64,000 nt of DNA, taken from Ramazzottius varieornatus. Lineage: Eukaryota; Animalia; Tardigrada. Made by a program: the position numbers and the translations under genes. Numbering within the stretch: position 1 is the stretch's first letter; the number at the start of each line of letters is the position of its first letter. This document shows, piece by piece, positions 14,892 to 28,666 of the stretch. A model generated the notes under the pieces. That model was not told the DNA's origin, did no database searches, and was given only the letters and a program-made list of their open reading frames with translations. The stretch is from positions 4,267,624 through 4,331,623 of the forward strand of contig BDGG01000001.1 of NCBI GenBank assembly GCA_001949185.1, written 5' to 3'.

Positions 14892-17555
14892 TTAGTCAGA
14901 GTAAATCCAGTCAGCCGGTATCCACTGGTCTTCCTTCTCGGTATTCTCCAGAGCTTTCAGTAGGCTGTAAAACGCTTCTTCGAAATCTTCTTGCATGAGA
15001 ACAAGATCAATGAAAGGTCCGTAGACTTGCAGGAGTATGCGCACAGTTTCGGAGGAACTTGGCTTGTGGTCGGGTTCCAGGCGCAGGTTCTCCATGGTGC
15101 GGCTCCCCAGTGCCGTTGAGTGCCGATCCATGGTTTCATTCGTTGGCTGCGTGTGGAAGTCGGGCACTCCGACGAAAACGACGTAAGGCAAGAACTCTCG
15201 GGTTCGAAGCATTTTTAAACACTGCAAACGAAGAAGAGACTTGAATCGAGGTACTGTACTGGAGAGGGCGCCATCTGTGCTTTCCGAAAGCGCATCATGT
15301 TTCATAAAAGTGGTTTCTACCTGTGGTCCGCAGTCCAAAAGGCAGGTCTTTCCCGACTTCACAATATTGCGAACAGTTTCTGTTTTCGTTCCGTAAAAGT
15401 TGGCTCCGACCGCTCCGTGTTCCAGGTATCGGTTTTCTCTGATGTCGGAAAGCATTTCCCATGGGGACGTGAAGAAGTAATGCTTCCCGTCTACCTCACC
15501 GGGTCTAGGCGAGCGCGAAGTATCTGCAAAAGAACATGAGATGAATTGTCATTTTAGGTGACAACAGTTACCAAAAATTAATCCGACTATGGATGTCCAT
15601 TGACTCACGAGGTACGGGATATCCATATTCGTCAGGATACATCTTCATCAATTCAGAGATTAGTTTCCTCCTTGATGTCCCCGATGGTCCCAAGCAGACT
15701 ATGCATTTCCGGTGGAACGGAGGCATTTGGATGACTTCCTCGTACAGATTCAGTTCATGGCGATCGATCTCTGCGGAAAATTAGTACAAATTACTTCCAT
15801 GGTCGGGATTTCATCTTGTCTCAACAGAGAAGTTGGTCCGAACTTGCAGGAAATACCTAAAGCGTCGTTGGGTCTTTGTCCATACAGTAGTCGCTTCCCT
15901 TTACGTATCCTTATGTGGGAGTGTTTCTCATCCGGCCAGAGCGACCCATTATGAAACACCGGGGACCGCGAACGCGCTTCTCGAATCTCTTGCAGCTCTT
16001 TGGACGGGATAAGACGTGCTGTGCCAGTTTCACCTAACTTCCTGGCCTGTCAAGAAAAAGACAACTGGTGTACATAGTGTTGCAGAAGGTTCCGTTATCG
16101 CTGTGGATGACGATATGTTTGGCCTGTCCGCACCTGCCAAAATCTGTCGTCGGTTACATCGAGGACTTCCAGGATTTCTCCTCTGGTGAACGAAAGGCCC
16201 AAAGCTCGCGAAGGTAAGAGCTTGTCCGTTTGAGCGTTGTATGAAAAGAAAGCCTTCATGTACGTCTATAACAATCGATGAAAATTATTATTCAATAACT
16301 TGCAGATTCAAAGAGCCGGAAGGAACTAAATTTGTAGCCTCTTGGGACTCACGGGCAACGGCTTTGTCCGATCGAACCACGAAGGAATGACTGTGAGCGT
16401 CAAAGTTCCCAATTGATCGCCTATTGCATTCTTCAGCTCCTCAACGGTTTTTACCGGTTGTCCGTTCACTTCTGATATCACGTCTCCAACGTGCAACATC
16501 CCTGAAACAAGAAATCTAAAATTTGGATTTTAGATGAAAATCTCATGGAAAAGAGTGATAATTTCTAAATTGTTTCTAAAAATTCCGAATTTACACAGAT
16601 CGTTTTTCCAAGTGGCACACGTTCGCAGTCACGGGCAATGAAGACGTGCGCCACTTGAGATAACGATCTGGACGGAAATCATCTGCCGACGTGAGAAACA
16701 AAGCTAGATAAAGAAAAATTGCCATGACATTTGAATCGAAAATAAGTAAGATCTGAAAGCATCGCAAAAAATCGCTATCCCTCGAGAAGATACATCAAGC
16801 TTCAAAAAAATATTTCTTTGCTATTCATAAAAAGGGCGTGGCAGCCAGTGAGCATATTCAAACGTACCTTGCCGGTCGACCAAACCGTTGGCCAAAATTC
16901 TCCCGACGGTTACTTTGCCGTCAACACATCGATACGTCATTCCCTGAGACCAGAAGTCAAAAAAAACACGCAACATATTATCAAATTAGGGGGCAAAAGG
17001 AGGAAGGAGAGCAGCTGAAAGGGGCAGCCTACCAGATCAAAATCCGACACTCGAGTGATGTTTATCCTCCGAACTCCGCAATCTTCGTGAGGGACATGAG
17101 CGCTACGCGCACTGACGGGATTAGAGTTTGAAACTTCCTCAATGATGTTATCGAAGCTACTCAGACATGGCTCCAAACAAGTCTTGTTCGCAATCAGGTC
17201 ATGCGCTTCCACAAGAGCCTGTAATTAGTCCCAAGATTATGGATTAACACTCAATCACAAAAGTATAGTTCCCACTTATGACAAATTTCAGTACACTCAC
17301 CTGAAAATCGTAAGCGGAAACTATTTCCAGAAATTCCTCTATATCGGAGTACACGTCTTCCGTTTCACCAGAATCGTGTCCGACATCGACTCGGCCTTGA
17401 AGCTCGTCCATGACTTCAATCAGCAACTCGACGTTATCACCAAGAACAGGCTCGGGAAGCGTGCCGACTTCAACAGAAGTACGATTACGGCTGACCGAGC
17501 GGAAGTCGCCGATGGACATGCTTGTAGCGATCTTTTGAAGAGCGACTTGGTCCAT
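14892..17555 (-). CDS. MAGUK p55 subfamily (MPP-like) protein: L27-PDZ-SH3-guanylate kinase-like
   Basis: L27-like ...FQALVEAHDLIA; PDZ GMTYRCVDGKVTVGRILANGLVDRQG-MLHVGDVISEVNG; SH3 YMKAFFSYNAQTDKLLP...GLSFTRGEILEV...FWQARK; GuK YEEVIQMPPFHRK...YLEHGAVGANFYGT...QWIPADW. Confidence 0.85.
16596..16670. repeat. ~75 bp palindromic repeat copy (MPP intron)
   Basis: CAGATCGTTTTTCCAAGTGGCACAC, 25 nt spacer, GTGCGCCACTTGAGATAACGATCTG; arms are 21/25 complementary. Confidence 0.9.
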
Positions 17556-18141
17556 GTTCAACCAAGATTTGCAAAGAATAGCGGACAACCGTGCGGAAAG
17601 AATCAAATTATTGCTGAACTGGAAATCCAAAGGAACTCACACCCGTGAACGGAAGCCAAAGGAATGATTGCCGGGAATGAAGCCCACGAAATGATTAGCA
17701 AAACAAGGTGCTTTGCTGAACACGACTAGTATTTGCGATCGATGTTCATATTTACGACGGTGGGATGTGGGGGAAGCGGAGTGCTAACATTCTTTGTACT
17801 CTCCTCCCGTACACTCCCTCATAGCAATCCTCGATTCCCGAACAGTATTGATTTCTGGACTTGTCATTGATTATCAACGCTCTAGTGCCTGTTTGTCCTC
17901 CCACAGTAGCACTCTAACTGTGCAAATAATTTAGCGGCATAGCAAAGATGTACACGGCGCTAGTCCGTAACTTTCCACAACCGGCCACTTCAAAGTCATG
18001 CCGCCCGAAAAACTCCATAATCCAAACTGGAATACATTTAAAAAACTTTTATTCAGTAATTGCAGTGTTCTAAACGCAGGTTATAAATTTTGTGTGGTAC
18101 GAAAACATTTTCTGGGATGGGATGCCGAAAACAATACCAAA

Positions 18142-18215
18142 ATAATCGTTACCTCAAGTGCCGCACGTTTCGAGCCATTAACAACGAAAACTGCGCCATC
18201 TAAATAAGCTTGTCT
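18142..18215. repeat. ~75 bp palindromic repeat copy
   Basis: ATCGTTACCTCAAGTGCCGCAC, 24 nt spacer, CTGCGCCATCT. Confidence 0.75.
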
Positions 18216-18634
18216 GCCCACATGCCACAGAATTTTAGAGCTGAAGGGCGGTCTTCTGTTGAGTCTTGACGCTGTCTAACCTAAGTTTGCACGTTCGGAC
18301 GTAACTGCGAAACTGGTTTCTTGTCCATGCGTTTATATGGACGGGAATGTGCTTTCCACAGGAAGAACCATGCCCAAGCCCGACTGCGTTACTCGCAATT
18401 GAAGTACAATAAATATAGTACCCAGACAGAGTAGGATAAGAATGGCTAAAATGGAAAACGAGCATTCTATCATAGATAATAATGGATAAGCTGCCTACAA
18501 AATCATAAAAATAAAACGTCAACAAGGCGCGCTTCAAAGAAACAGTTGGAAATCAAGGATATGGAGGAAAGGCTGTCAAGTATCATTTAGAAAGCGTCGG
18601 TGAATGTGGTTGGAAGGTAGGGATTGTCCTGAGC

Positions 18635-21211
18635 CTAATCGGTAGCTGGTGTTCTTTGGGCCAGTCTGGGAGACGGCATCGGCGAAAGACGGCGCGGAGG
18701 GATGGGCGGAGGTTGAGCTGGACAGTTGTGACCACCGAGAACACCACGGCTCGGCTGCATCCTCCGGTCGATCATCGGCGAACTCTCTGGAGTCAGCAGC
18801 GGTGATGATCGTGAGTGGTTGTTGGTATCCTGCAAGGAAGAAAATACAAGTGGAAGCGAAACGCTCTTAATTCAGTAGTTACGAGCGGTAAGCGAACAAT
18901 CTGGACGACTTTCAGCAATCTGCATACCAAAAAGCAGTTCATCACCACCGCATACATGTATGTAGGTTGATGATACCGACGAAATATCATCAGCCTGCAT
19001 ACCAAGGAATAATGAATCTCGCCAAACAGCATGTATGCAGGAGTGTAGAAACTGCCATGGAATTTCCGTCATTCAAAACTAACAAGAAGGATGGTTCATC
19101 AATGGAGTACTAACCTTAAGGGCTTTGTAGATCGACGAAGTCATTGGAGGCGGCAGATGGACTGACGACGAACTGGATGGTGGGTCGTCGTCGTCGATGT
19201 CGATCAAGTTGTGACTTTGTGGCGACTCCATGTTTTCCACGCTGACAGGCGAGACCGAAGAGCTTCTTCCGTTGTTCGGCCGGTATGGCTCCACCACAAT
19301 CATTTCAGAGTCTTTGATCTCGGCGCGGCAGTACGGACAACTTGGAGCACCTTGTTCGGTCTCTTGCCAGGCCTGCAAGCATGGCGCGCAGAGCAGATGA
19401 CCACACGGTTCTAGTCGGACATCCTTGTCTCGTTCCGCACAAATCTTGCATAGCTGGAACGTCGAACCCATCTCACAGTAGAGTTCATACTGTTCTTGCG
19501 TTACTCTGATGTGGTCCTCTTGATCGGACTGCAACGCCAACGTCAGGTCCGGATTGACGTTCTTTCCATCTGGATACAGGTAGCTACAAAAGCAGAAAGA
19601 TACGTACGCTTTCTGTACCAGAGAAAACCAAATATTCGCAAAAAAGACTGACTTTTGGTTGGCACAAGAAGCTGTAAGTTATCATACAGACGAATATTTA
19701 TTCAGTCTCACATGCTGATGTCACAGTATATTGTTTGTAAGTGATCGATGGACATTCCGAGTCTTTTGGCTGACTTGATATGCTCGAGGTATGTTTTGTG
19801 AAGAGGTCTAGAAATAATGATAAAAAAATAACACTTACAATCCCTCTCGAGCACCTTCCAGCAGTGCCTGACAGAGCGATTTGTTCTGGAGAATCGTCTG
19901 CAGAATGACTCCCTCGAGAGTAACGTATCCAATCGCCCACTGCCCCAGTCGCGTGCAGCTCAGTCGGAAAACGTAGCTGCAAGAAGAACAAGAAATGCAT
20001 ATTTTCACTACACAATTATCAGAAAACAAACAACAAACTTCCACGACAATCTTAGTGCCGCCCTAGGCATCCATACCTTCCAGGCAAGTGTATGTATTTT
20101 TGCAGTCGCGCTTTGACTTCGTCGTATGTGAGAAAGGCGACGTAAGCCGGATGCGTAACAGCCAGTACTTGCCAGTTTTTCAGCAGAGTCGGCCATGGCT
20201 GGAACAACCTGCAACAGGGAAAGTTAGTGACCCAAGGTTTGTCTAGAGCCAACAGATAATACTCCAACGATACTGGGTGCTTCAAGAGGTGATAAGCGTA
20301 GGAGATGAGTACCTGGTGAACACGTCAAACTCAAATATTGAAATACAATCGCTACACGTAAGGTCGATCGTGCTTTTCAACGCTGTGGCCTCCAATGCCG
20401 ATCCCACTTCGTGCTTCACTGACAGCTCCCGCAGGAACAGCGTCCATGGCACTATAATCCTGCAAGAAAAACATTCAGAAATGAGAGAACTTGCAACTGA
20501 CATACTCAAAACACATTCGCAGTTTTCCGAATGCAGAAAACCAAAACCCAACCCAATCGACAAGACTGGCGCCTTTTGTCATGGACTAGCATACCCAATT
20601 ACTTACACAGACGGGTACGTCATGGGCGAGTTGATTAAGTAGAGTGGTATCACTTACCGATCTTGAAAGGTGTTCTTCCACCAGTCTGCAGCGTCGCTCT
20701 TCGTGATCCTGAATGTGTCGCCCTTGTACTCCCCGTTCACGTATAGCGTTTTCAGTTCCGCCAGCATGTGTGAGAAGACTAGCGACAGTTTGTTCAAGTT
20801 GCGGCGGTAGGAGGAGGACTGATCAAAGATGGCTTCTTTGCCGTCTTTAAACAGCTTGATTGTTTCTTTGCACTTCTTCGAGAGGTTCTCGATGAACATG
20901 GCAAAGTACTCTTCTTCCCTAATGTCTTGGTGTTGCTTTGTAGCGTTCTTTTGAGCAATCATCCGTAAATGCTGGAAAGTGTCGGGGAGGATATCCAGAA
21001 CGAAAGGAGGCGAATTTTTAAGATTCATCTTTGATTGCTGGCACAGAGTGACGACTTTTTCCATTAACTTCCATACGCGTTCCGTCACTCGACGATCCAC
21101 CCCGGCCTTTTGATGGGGATTCACTGCTTCCGACAGCGCATCGTGAAGACGACTCCATAGAGTGGATGTCTGCGAGGGGTTTCCGTTCCTGCTGCGACCG
21201 TTCGTAGCCAT
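18635..21211 (-). CDS. CBL: E3 ubiquitin ligase Cbl (TKB + linker + RING, short proline-rich tail)
   Basis: [66 protein letters not shown], linker [15 protein letters not shown] and [25 protein letters not shown]...CPYCR. The last exon has PPPIPPRR and stops at 18635. Confidence 0.93.
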
Positions 21212-22087
21212 TGCATCTAAAATCAAACAATCAATCAGATATAACTGCAGCGAATCGGCCAAGGCAAACTGTTGCTTCTCTTGAACCTTCAAAATGCGGA
21301 CTCTGCTGACACCTAACATATACGGTGCTGATGCAAACAAATTTCACAGGTAAAACTAGTCCAAAACTTATTACAAGCACAGACAACAGAAATCCTCCAT
21401 TGTGCGCCCACAAAGGCTTGTTTTAATCGGAGCGTATGGAACAGAGGTTTTACCTCTCGACGTCAGATGCCTATATCGCAGGTGCGGCTGCTCCAAATAG
21501 CGATGATTGGAGCGCATACACTTGAGCTCAAAGTTTCGTCGGCACCTCTGTTCCGGGTATGGGCGCAGATACTGGAAGATAAAAGAAGCGCAGCACCAAC
21601 TCCGCACTCCGCAGGAAGAAAAATGACGACAAAACCTGAAGTCAGCGAAGTGCGAAATGAACGAATTTGTCACCGTGTTGACTGCTGAACGAAATCAACA
21701 CAATTATGAGGCAGTGGAAAAGTCAGCAGTGACGTCGACTGCAGATACGCAGATGGAGGGCGGAGTCGCACTGCACTTGTATTAGTCCGGTTTTGCTGTT
21801 TTGGAATTTCTAGAATCTAGATCTAAACGTGGTTACCTGTGGTGGATCGTTTTGTATCTGCCTCGTCCGTCGCCTAGTCTCTTAATCGCTTTTCTATATC
21901 ATCCACAGGTCCCTCCACAGGAAGTTTCACTAGGAAAGCGGGATCGGCAGGCGGGTTGCAGGACGGGGAGAGGTGACGTCAAAACTCCACAGTAAATCTT
22001 CTTTTGGTGTAGGTTGGGTCTGTTAGACTCCTTTCCGAGTCCGACTGGACTATCTCGGCCTGAATTCGTGGGAGATCGGAAGCCACG

Positions 22088-24017
22088 ATGGCCCTCTCTA
22101 CAAACCTGGAATTCTTCTGTAAGTATACCATTGCTTCGGGCAGAGTCAGACTGCATCACAGTGAATTATAAAGTATAGTCGCTATACTGACTACAGTGTG
22201 GTTTGGTTGTTTTTGCAGTGGACTCTTTCGGCCAGAATTTCCCAGAGGTACTACACCGACTTGAATTTTTGATAGGGTGCCGCGTCTTTGACATGACTAG
22301 AGGAGAATACCGAGTGACAATAGCTTATACAGTAAGGGTTCACGTTTTTCTAGGAGCATCAAGGTGTGCTGGATTGTGTCAGCATCGCCTTGACCTGCGC
22401 CTTTAATCGTCAAGGGACACTCCTTGCAGTCGGCTGTAACGACGGACGCATTTGCATCTGGGACTTCACTACCAGAAGCATAGCCAAGATTATAACGGGC
22501 CACGTCCATCCCGTGAGCTCCCTCAGCTGGAGCAAGAATGGTCAAAGAGTAGCCAGCGCAAGCTCGGACGGGAAAGTGTGCGTCTGGGCAACCCTGACTG
22601 GAGAACCCGTATGGCAGTTTAACTTCTCCGTGCCGATCCTCAAAGTCCAATGCCATCCACGAAACATGTAAGAAATATTTGAGGCTTCGCCACGACAATT
22701 TCTTATTGCTTTTGGTAAGCAGAATAGTTTGATAAGTATAAAAGTATTCGTGGTTTTAGGGATCAGTATGTGATCGTCCCGATGAAGCAGCTCGCCATGC
22801 TCATTACCGTTGGAAGTCCTCCCGCTTCGTTCCCTAGTCTACCTGCCGAAGATGATTCCGAAGACTCGCATACGTATGCTGTGTACAGCCGGAAAGGTGA
22901 CATGATCTTCACGGGAAACTCGAAAGGGAGGATCGTCGCCGTGGATTCCACTACGTTGAACGTCCTGGCTTCTTTCCATATTCACACCTCAGGGCAAACA
23001 CCCACTGCAGTACGAACCATCGAAGTTTCGCGGGGCCGAGAGTAAGCGAAACTTTTTCAAATATTCTACTGATGATATTCGGATTCGGAATGGATTTATT
23101 TGGTGCACGGCAAATATACTCCACCGGATTGTTTTCCCAAGTGGCGCACGCTTTCGGCAATATCAACTCGTATCGTGCGCCAATTAAAAAAAAGATGTTG
23201 TGGAGCTTGTTTGCGGCCTCCTATTCACTGATTTTCTTGCAGGACGCTGGTGGTTAATGCTGCGGACAGGATCATCCGCATCTACCGAATTTCCGATATT
23301 CTCCATGGTGGAGAAAACTGTGTTGTCGAGCCCGCACAAAAGCTCCAGGATCTCGTAAACAAGAACACGTGGAAGACAGTCTTCTTCTCAGGCGACGGAG
23401 AGTTTGTCTGTGCAGGCACTTCTCGCGTACACACGCTGAACATATGGGAGTGGTCGACCGGCACTCTGGTAAAGATCCTTCACGGTACAAAAGGTGAAAC
23501 CCTGATGGATGCCGCTTGGCATCCCATTCGTCCTATCATAGTCTCGGTGTCTGGTGGTGTCGTGTCTATCTGGTCGCAAACACACGTCGAGAACTGGTCG
23601 GCGTTCACACCTGACTTCAGAGAGCTAGACGAGAACATTGAGTACGAAGAACGCGAGAGTGAGTTCGATGTGGAAGATGAAGATAAGAGTGTTGTACAAG
23701 ACGAGCATGAGCAGGATGTGAACGATGATGTCGATGTGGTGTCGGTCGAGAAGAACACGGCGTACTTCAGTAGTGATGAGGAAGAGGAGGATGTGACGTC
23801 TCCACCGGTCTTGTTCATTCCCATAACACCGGAAATCGAGGAACCAGAAGTGGATACGTGGTTGACGGATACTCTTCCCGAGGCTTCGGTGCTGAGTAAC
23901 GGACACAGGAAAGGAGGCACTGACGGGAAAAGACCAAAAACGAGGAAGGATACGAATGGTGGGGGAAAGAAGGCGAAACTGGATGGGAACAGCAAATCCC
24001 CTCGCACTGCTCACTAA
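22088..24017 (+). CDS. RBBP5: retinoblastoma-binding protein 5 (COMPASS/MLL WD40 subunit)
   Basis: Spliced N-terminus MALSTNLEFFLDSFGQNFPE; LLAVGCNDGRICIWD; WHPIRPII; ENWSAFTPDFRELDENIEYEERESEFD. Confidence 0.95.
23125..23199. repeat. ~75 bp palindromic repeat copy (RBBP5 intron)
   Basis: GGATTGTTTTCCCAAGTGGCGCAC, 25 nt spacer, GTGCGCCAATT. Confidence 0.85.
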
Positions 24018-24103
24018 GTTTTGTTCTACTTATCCTCGCCGAACGCCATTGTTTCTTGTTTCCGTATAGCCAGTCTTGTTTTATGTTATTCTGTTTGGTT
24101 TAC

Positions 24104-24153
24104 TTTCAGCTGTTTATGGAACTATTTGGTTTCCTTTCAGCTGTTTATGGAAC
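24104..24153 (+). repeat. short tandem duplication in the RBBP5 3' region
   Basis: TTTCAGCTGTTTATGGAACT occurs twice with a period of ~30 bp. Confidence 0.7.
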
Positions 24154-24634
24154 TGTTTCTACATTTTTCGCAGTATAAAGTGACCACTCTTCGGTGGACT
24201 GCGCCTTGTCAAGCCAGCGTTCATACTGATTTCTGATCGGAATTTCAGAACGTCATTTCTATAAGTGCGTGTGCTGTGAAGCACGTACATAATACAATAA
24301 TTAGACCTCAGTCTTTTGAGTTTTGACCAAAAAGGTTAAAGTTTAGAAGCTATCAAGGAAGTAGGAGGCAAGTGTGAAATCGTTATCAGGGACCGAGAAT
24401 TTTGAACTTACCTATCTCGCCGAAAGCAGTATGCAGAAAGTGTGCACCTTTTTGACTTTGTCTCGGTGGTCAAAGCTTACAGGAGGCCGACCAGTTTTAC
24501 GCTATTCAACCTTAGCAGTTCATAATTATCACAACGGTCTTTACCCATCGCCACAAGTTTCCATTTCACCAGTTCACTATCGAAGAATTCCGCTGTCTTT
24601 GTATTGCATGAAGTGCGCCACCTAACACGGCAAA

Positions 24635-25863
24635 ATGAATATCATCCTGGACGTTCTCTACACCGTCGCGCTTGTTCTTTGGTACTACATGGAAGCTTTG
24701 ATCGCTGTTCTCACTCCGTCTAGCTTGAAACGGGAAAAGGAGATTTCGGGAAAAGTAGCTGTTGTCACCGGCGCTGGTCAAGGCTTGGGGAGGCTCATTA
24801 GCATCGGACTGGCCAGTAGAGGAGCTCGTTTGGTTCTCTGGGATATCAACCTCAAAGGATTGAAGGAAACCAAGGCTATCATCGAACGAGACGGAGGAGA
24901 AGCGTACATTTACGAATGCAACGTTGCGGATCGATCAGCTGTTTACGACACCGCGGACAGGGTGCGCCGCGATGTCGGGGAAGTGTATCTGTTGCTGAAC
25001 AACGCCGGTATCGTCAATGGCAAATGGCTTCTGGATACTCCGGATGACCAGGTTCAGCGCGTTATGGACGTCAACGCTACAGCTCACTTCTGGGTATGTC
25101 CAGTTGATCAACCATAATTACTGCATGTAGTTATACGAGAACTACCGACGAACGCAAGCAACGAAGCCATCAAGAAAACGAGAAGGAAAATCAATGATTT
25201 TCCGCAACCTGCCGCGCTGCAGTACCGCTCAAAAACAATTCTTCTTGTTTATCTTTCAGACTTTGAAGGCTTTCTTGCCGCACATGATCGCTGTCAATGA
25301 TGGCCATATCGTTACAGTTTCGAGCATTGCTGGTAAAGCCCCTTGTCCAAAGTTGGTTGACTATTGTGCCAGCAAGTACGCCGCCGTGGGTCTCCATGAG
25401 TCGCTGGCCATCGAACTTCGCGCCATGAAGAAAACAGGAATCCACTTGACCAATATCTGCCCGTTTTTCATCAACACTGGCATGTTCGCAGGCTGTCGAA
25501 TGAAGTATATTGTGCAACTGGTAAAAGTCACTCGTAAAAAAGGTCTAAAGAATTAACGGCTTTTTCTACCAGGTTTCATCCTATGCTGGAGCAAGAAGAG
25601 GTCGCCAACAGAGTCGTGCAAGCAACGTTACGGAATGAACACCAAGTCATCCTCCCCGCCATATATGACGTTCTGCTGCGGTTATCGGGGCAAGTCTAGT
25701 AAACAATGCTAACGCACGGATGCTCATTTCGGCCGTTATCGGTTTTCTTTTGTGTTTCTACAGGCTCTTCCCACGGAAAGCTGTCCGAGCAATCGAAGAC
25801 CTTAGCGGCGTAGGAAGCTTCATGGAAAATTTCACTGGTCACAATAATGGTCGATCAAAATGA
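24635..25863 (+). CDS. short-chain dehydrogenase/reductase, SDR16C (epidermal retinol dehydrogenase 2 / RDH10-like)
   Basis: N-terminal hydrophobic anchor, VVTGAGQGLG Rossmann motif, LLNNAGIV, HFW, catalytic YCASK and CPFFINTGMF; stop at 25861-25863. Confidence 0.9.
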
Positions 25864-26063
25864 AACGCACAATAATGGACTTCGGGATCAAGATTTCGAA
25901 CTGCTTTCAATCTTTCAGATACAGCGTCACTTTTCCTCAGAAACGAACGACCATATCCCTTCATGACGGACATAGGTAGTAGGTACACTTTTTCTTCATT
26001 GGCTCAATTAAATGGTTTGGTCACAAATAGACCATAAACCCGAAAAGTCAAAAGTCAAAAGTC

Positions 26064-27619
26064 TCAAGAAAATTTCGCTTTGGAGAAGTCCATCTCGGGA
26101 TGCTGGGCCATAAACCTAAAATCAAAGCTATTACATCACACGTATACTGTATAAATGCTCTGTTTCCGATAGAGCCAGGCGTGAAAGTTGAAAGACCCGG
26201 ATCAACTTACTTCTTGAGAATATCTTGCTTCTTTTGCTCTTCCGAGGTCGGTAAGCCCATTTCCTTCTGACGTTGGTCGAACATCATCTTTTCCACCATT
26301 GGTCTCGTGTCATCATCCAAGTCACCCAACTGGAAAAAACAGCAACCACCTTACAAATAACCGCCTCGTAGCCTAAGTAGAACAGAAGGAAGCGCTCACA
26401 GCTCGAGTTAAGGTACCTTGGAGGGCTCTGGGTTCACTTTGCGCGTATTTATTTCTGGGTCCGTCAGGACAAGGCGATTCCACCATTCCATCTTGTTAAC
26501 CTTCTCCAGAGTGATCTGAATACCCTTTTGCCCATCAAGTGTCCACAGGCAGTCTTCAACCTTGATCTTGTTGCACAATTCGCCATCGATGATAGGGGAA
26601 TGGCCTTTAAGGCCAACTTTCAGTCGCTAAAAGTATCAAGATATTGTTCTACGCATGCTAAAAGTGACGACTGGTATGCTGAGGGTTCGACTATCGCATG
26701 TACCTTTTGCTCGAAGTTCACAGTGACATCCGAACCCTTGATTCGACCAGTCAGCTTGAGAGGAATGTACAGCTGTGAAGGGAGAAATAACATTCAAACA
26801 AGTCCAGATTATTCTGGTGGACAGCATCATATTCCGATTCGTACCTCGAGTTCGCCCAGCGTTTGCGTCCATCGATAATTCTCCAAATCACAGCCGTTTC
26901 CGGAATTCGGTTTCAATTTACCCTTGCTGTCTTCGTCTTCCTCTTCTTCGTCCTAAACAACACCATACACGAAGCGTTTCGTAGTGCGTATGATTTAGTA
27001 CTCAGCGAGACAGAAAACTGCAAAGCGCACCTTATTAGCTGAAGCATCACCGCCAGATTTCTCTTCATTAGAGGGCTTCACAGGCTGATTGTCAGACGCT
27101 TTTTCTGCGTCCAGCTCTCGCTGTAATTTATCGGCTTCTTCTTCGGTCAGCTCTTGTATGCGTGGCTCGTCGGATGGTTTCGTAAACTGTTTCTCCTGTT
27201 CAGCTTTCTCTTTCTGGCGGCGCTCCTCAATCTTCTTCTGTTTCTCCTCTCGCTCCTTCTTCTGCGCGGCCTTCGCTTGCAAAGATGACTGCTCGTGCCT
27301 CTTGAAAGCCTCTGTTACCATCTGTAAACCAAATCATTCAGGCTTCACACTGGGTACAAGCCTAAAGGGAATATGGACAGTAAAAGCACACCAACCTTGA
27401 ACGCAGCTCCTTCTCCTCCGCCGACGTAGAAATCGGTCTTCCGTGCCAAGAATCCGAAAATCGTATCTAAAAGCTAACACAAACACATCCTTGCATGATA
27501 CCCACCATTCGGCACAGGAACTGATTGTGCAGCGAACCTACCTCTGGAACACCACCGCTATGTTGCTGCGCCATTCCAAGCAGAACCGAATCGAACTTGT
27601 CATTTCCCTTGTCCGACAT
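26064..27619 (-). CDS. NUDC: nuclear migration protein NudC (CS/p23-domain co-chaperone)
   Basis: [42 protein letters not shown] in the CS-domain region, [44 protein letters not shown] and terminal [16 protein letters not shown]. Confidence 0.92.
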
Positions 27620-28034
27620 TCTGCAATCCGCGCCAGAAGACTCCTCCTTGTAAACGAACTATCTCACTGCTCGGATAACGAAGGTGGAACTCAAGGCAAG
27701 AGGCCGAACATTCACGAGTTCCAAATGACGAAGAAGCCAGAGTGAGCAGGAGAAACTTGGAGAAACTTCCCAGATAGAAAACGACAACAATCGCTTCAAA
27801 CGCAGCAAATCAACCTTTGGTGAAATCAACTGGAGAAAAACGGAGAATGCATCGATATCGCAATATGGTCAGTGAATCAAGCCAGTTAAAAAATAGAAAT
27901 TCAAATTTTAGAAAATCTTTTCACGGGACTTTTCCGCAGCATTTCTCGTTTCATCCCTGTACAAACCGTTACTGGCGTGTTCTGTCTACATTTTAGGTCT
28001 ATACCCAGGGACAGCCGCTGTGTAATCTGCAAAA

Positions 28035-28666
28035 ATGGGTGCAGGTCGCGGAGGAGGTGCTCACGGCGGACACGATGTGTGGGGCAACATGGCTCACTTC
28101 CGAGGCGTCGTCACACATCACATCTCCCCTTTCGAGCAACGTGCATTTGCCGGATGGATTAAGGCCGGATTCCCAAACACCATTAGGCGGATCAGAGGGC
28201 AGATTTTCAAGATTGGAACACGTGAGTCGTTCTGCAGCGCGCCTCTTTTCGAAGCGCGTAGAACTTGAAATTCGTACCTAGGCCATGCTAATCGAGTTGA
28301 ACATGTTGTAACATTGTGCCCTCGTTTGAAACTTCCGCTGGTCCCTGGTCCCCACAGACGTATTCCGCGGGGTGCGGAACATGTCGGATATCGAGAACGA
28401 GGAGGAAGATGCAGTTATGTCAGTCGGGATATTCGGGGCTTGGTAGCTAATGTTGGTCCTGTTTCTTTCCAGCTATGTTCATCGGACTGATGATTTACAC
28501 CTGGGCCAACCAGTACCACGAGAAGCTTATCCGCAAGGACCCCAAGCACTACGAGAACGAATATAGCGAGTACCTTATGTCCGACGAACACAAGTCTTAC
28601 CTGGAACACAAGCAGAAGAACGTGGAGGAAGCAAAGATGACTGACCCCAAGCGGAAGACCACTTAA
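28035..28666 (+). CDS. UQCRQ: cytochrome b-c1 complex subunit 8
   Basis: WGNMAHFRGVVTHHISPFEQRAFAG...PNTIRR, a TM segment and RKDPKHYEN; two exons. Confidence 0.9.

Noticed and set aside
23480-24014. Long antisense ORFs opposite RBBP5 (similar cases at 33584-34192, 30728-31093, 41432-41815)
   Set aside because: They are low-complexity shadows of the coding strand with no recognisable motifs.
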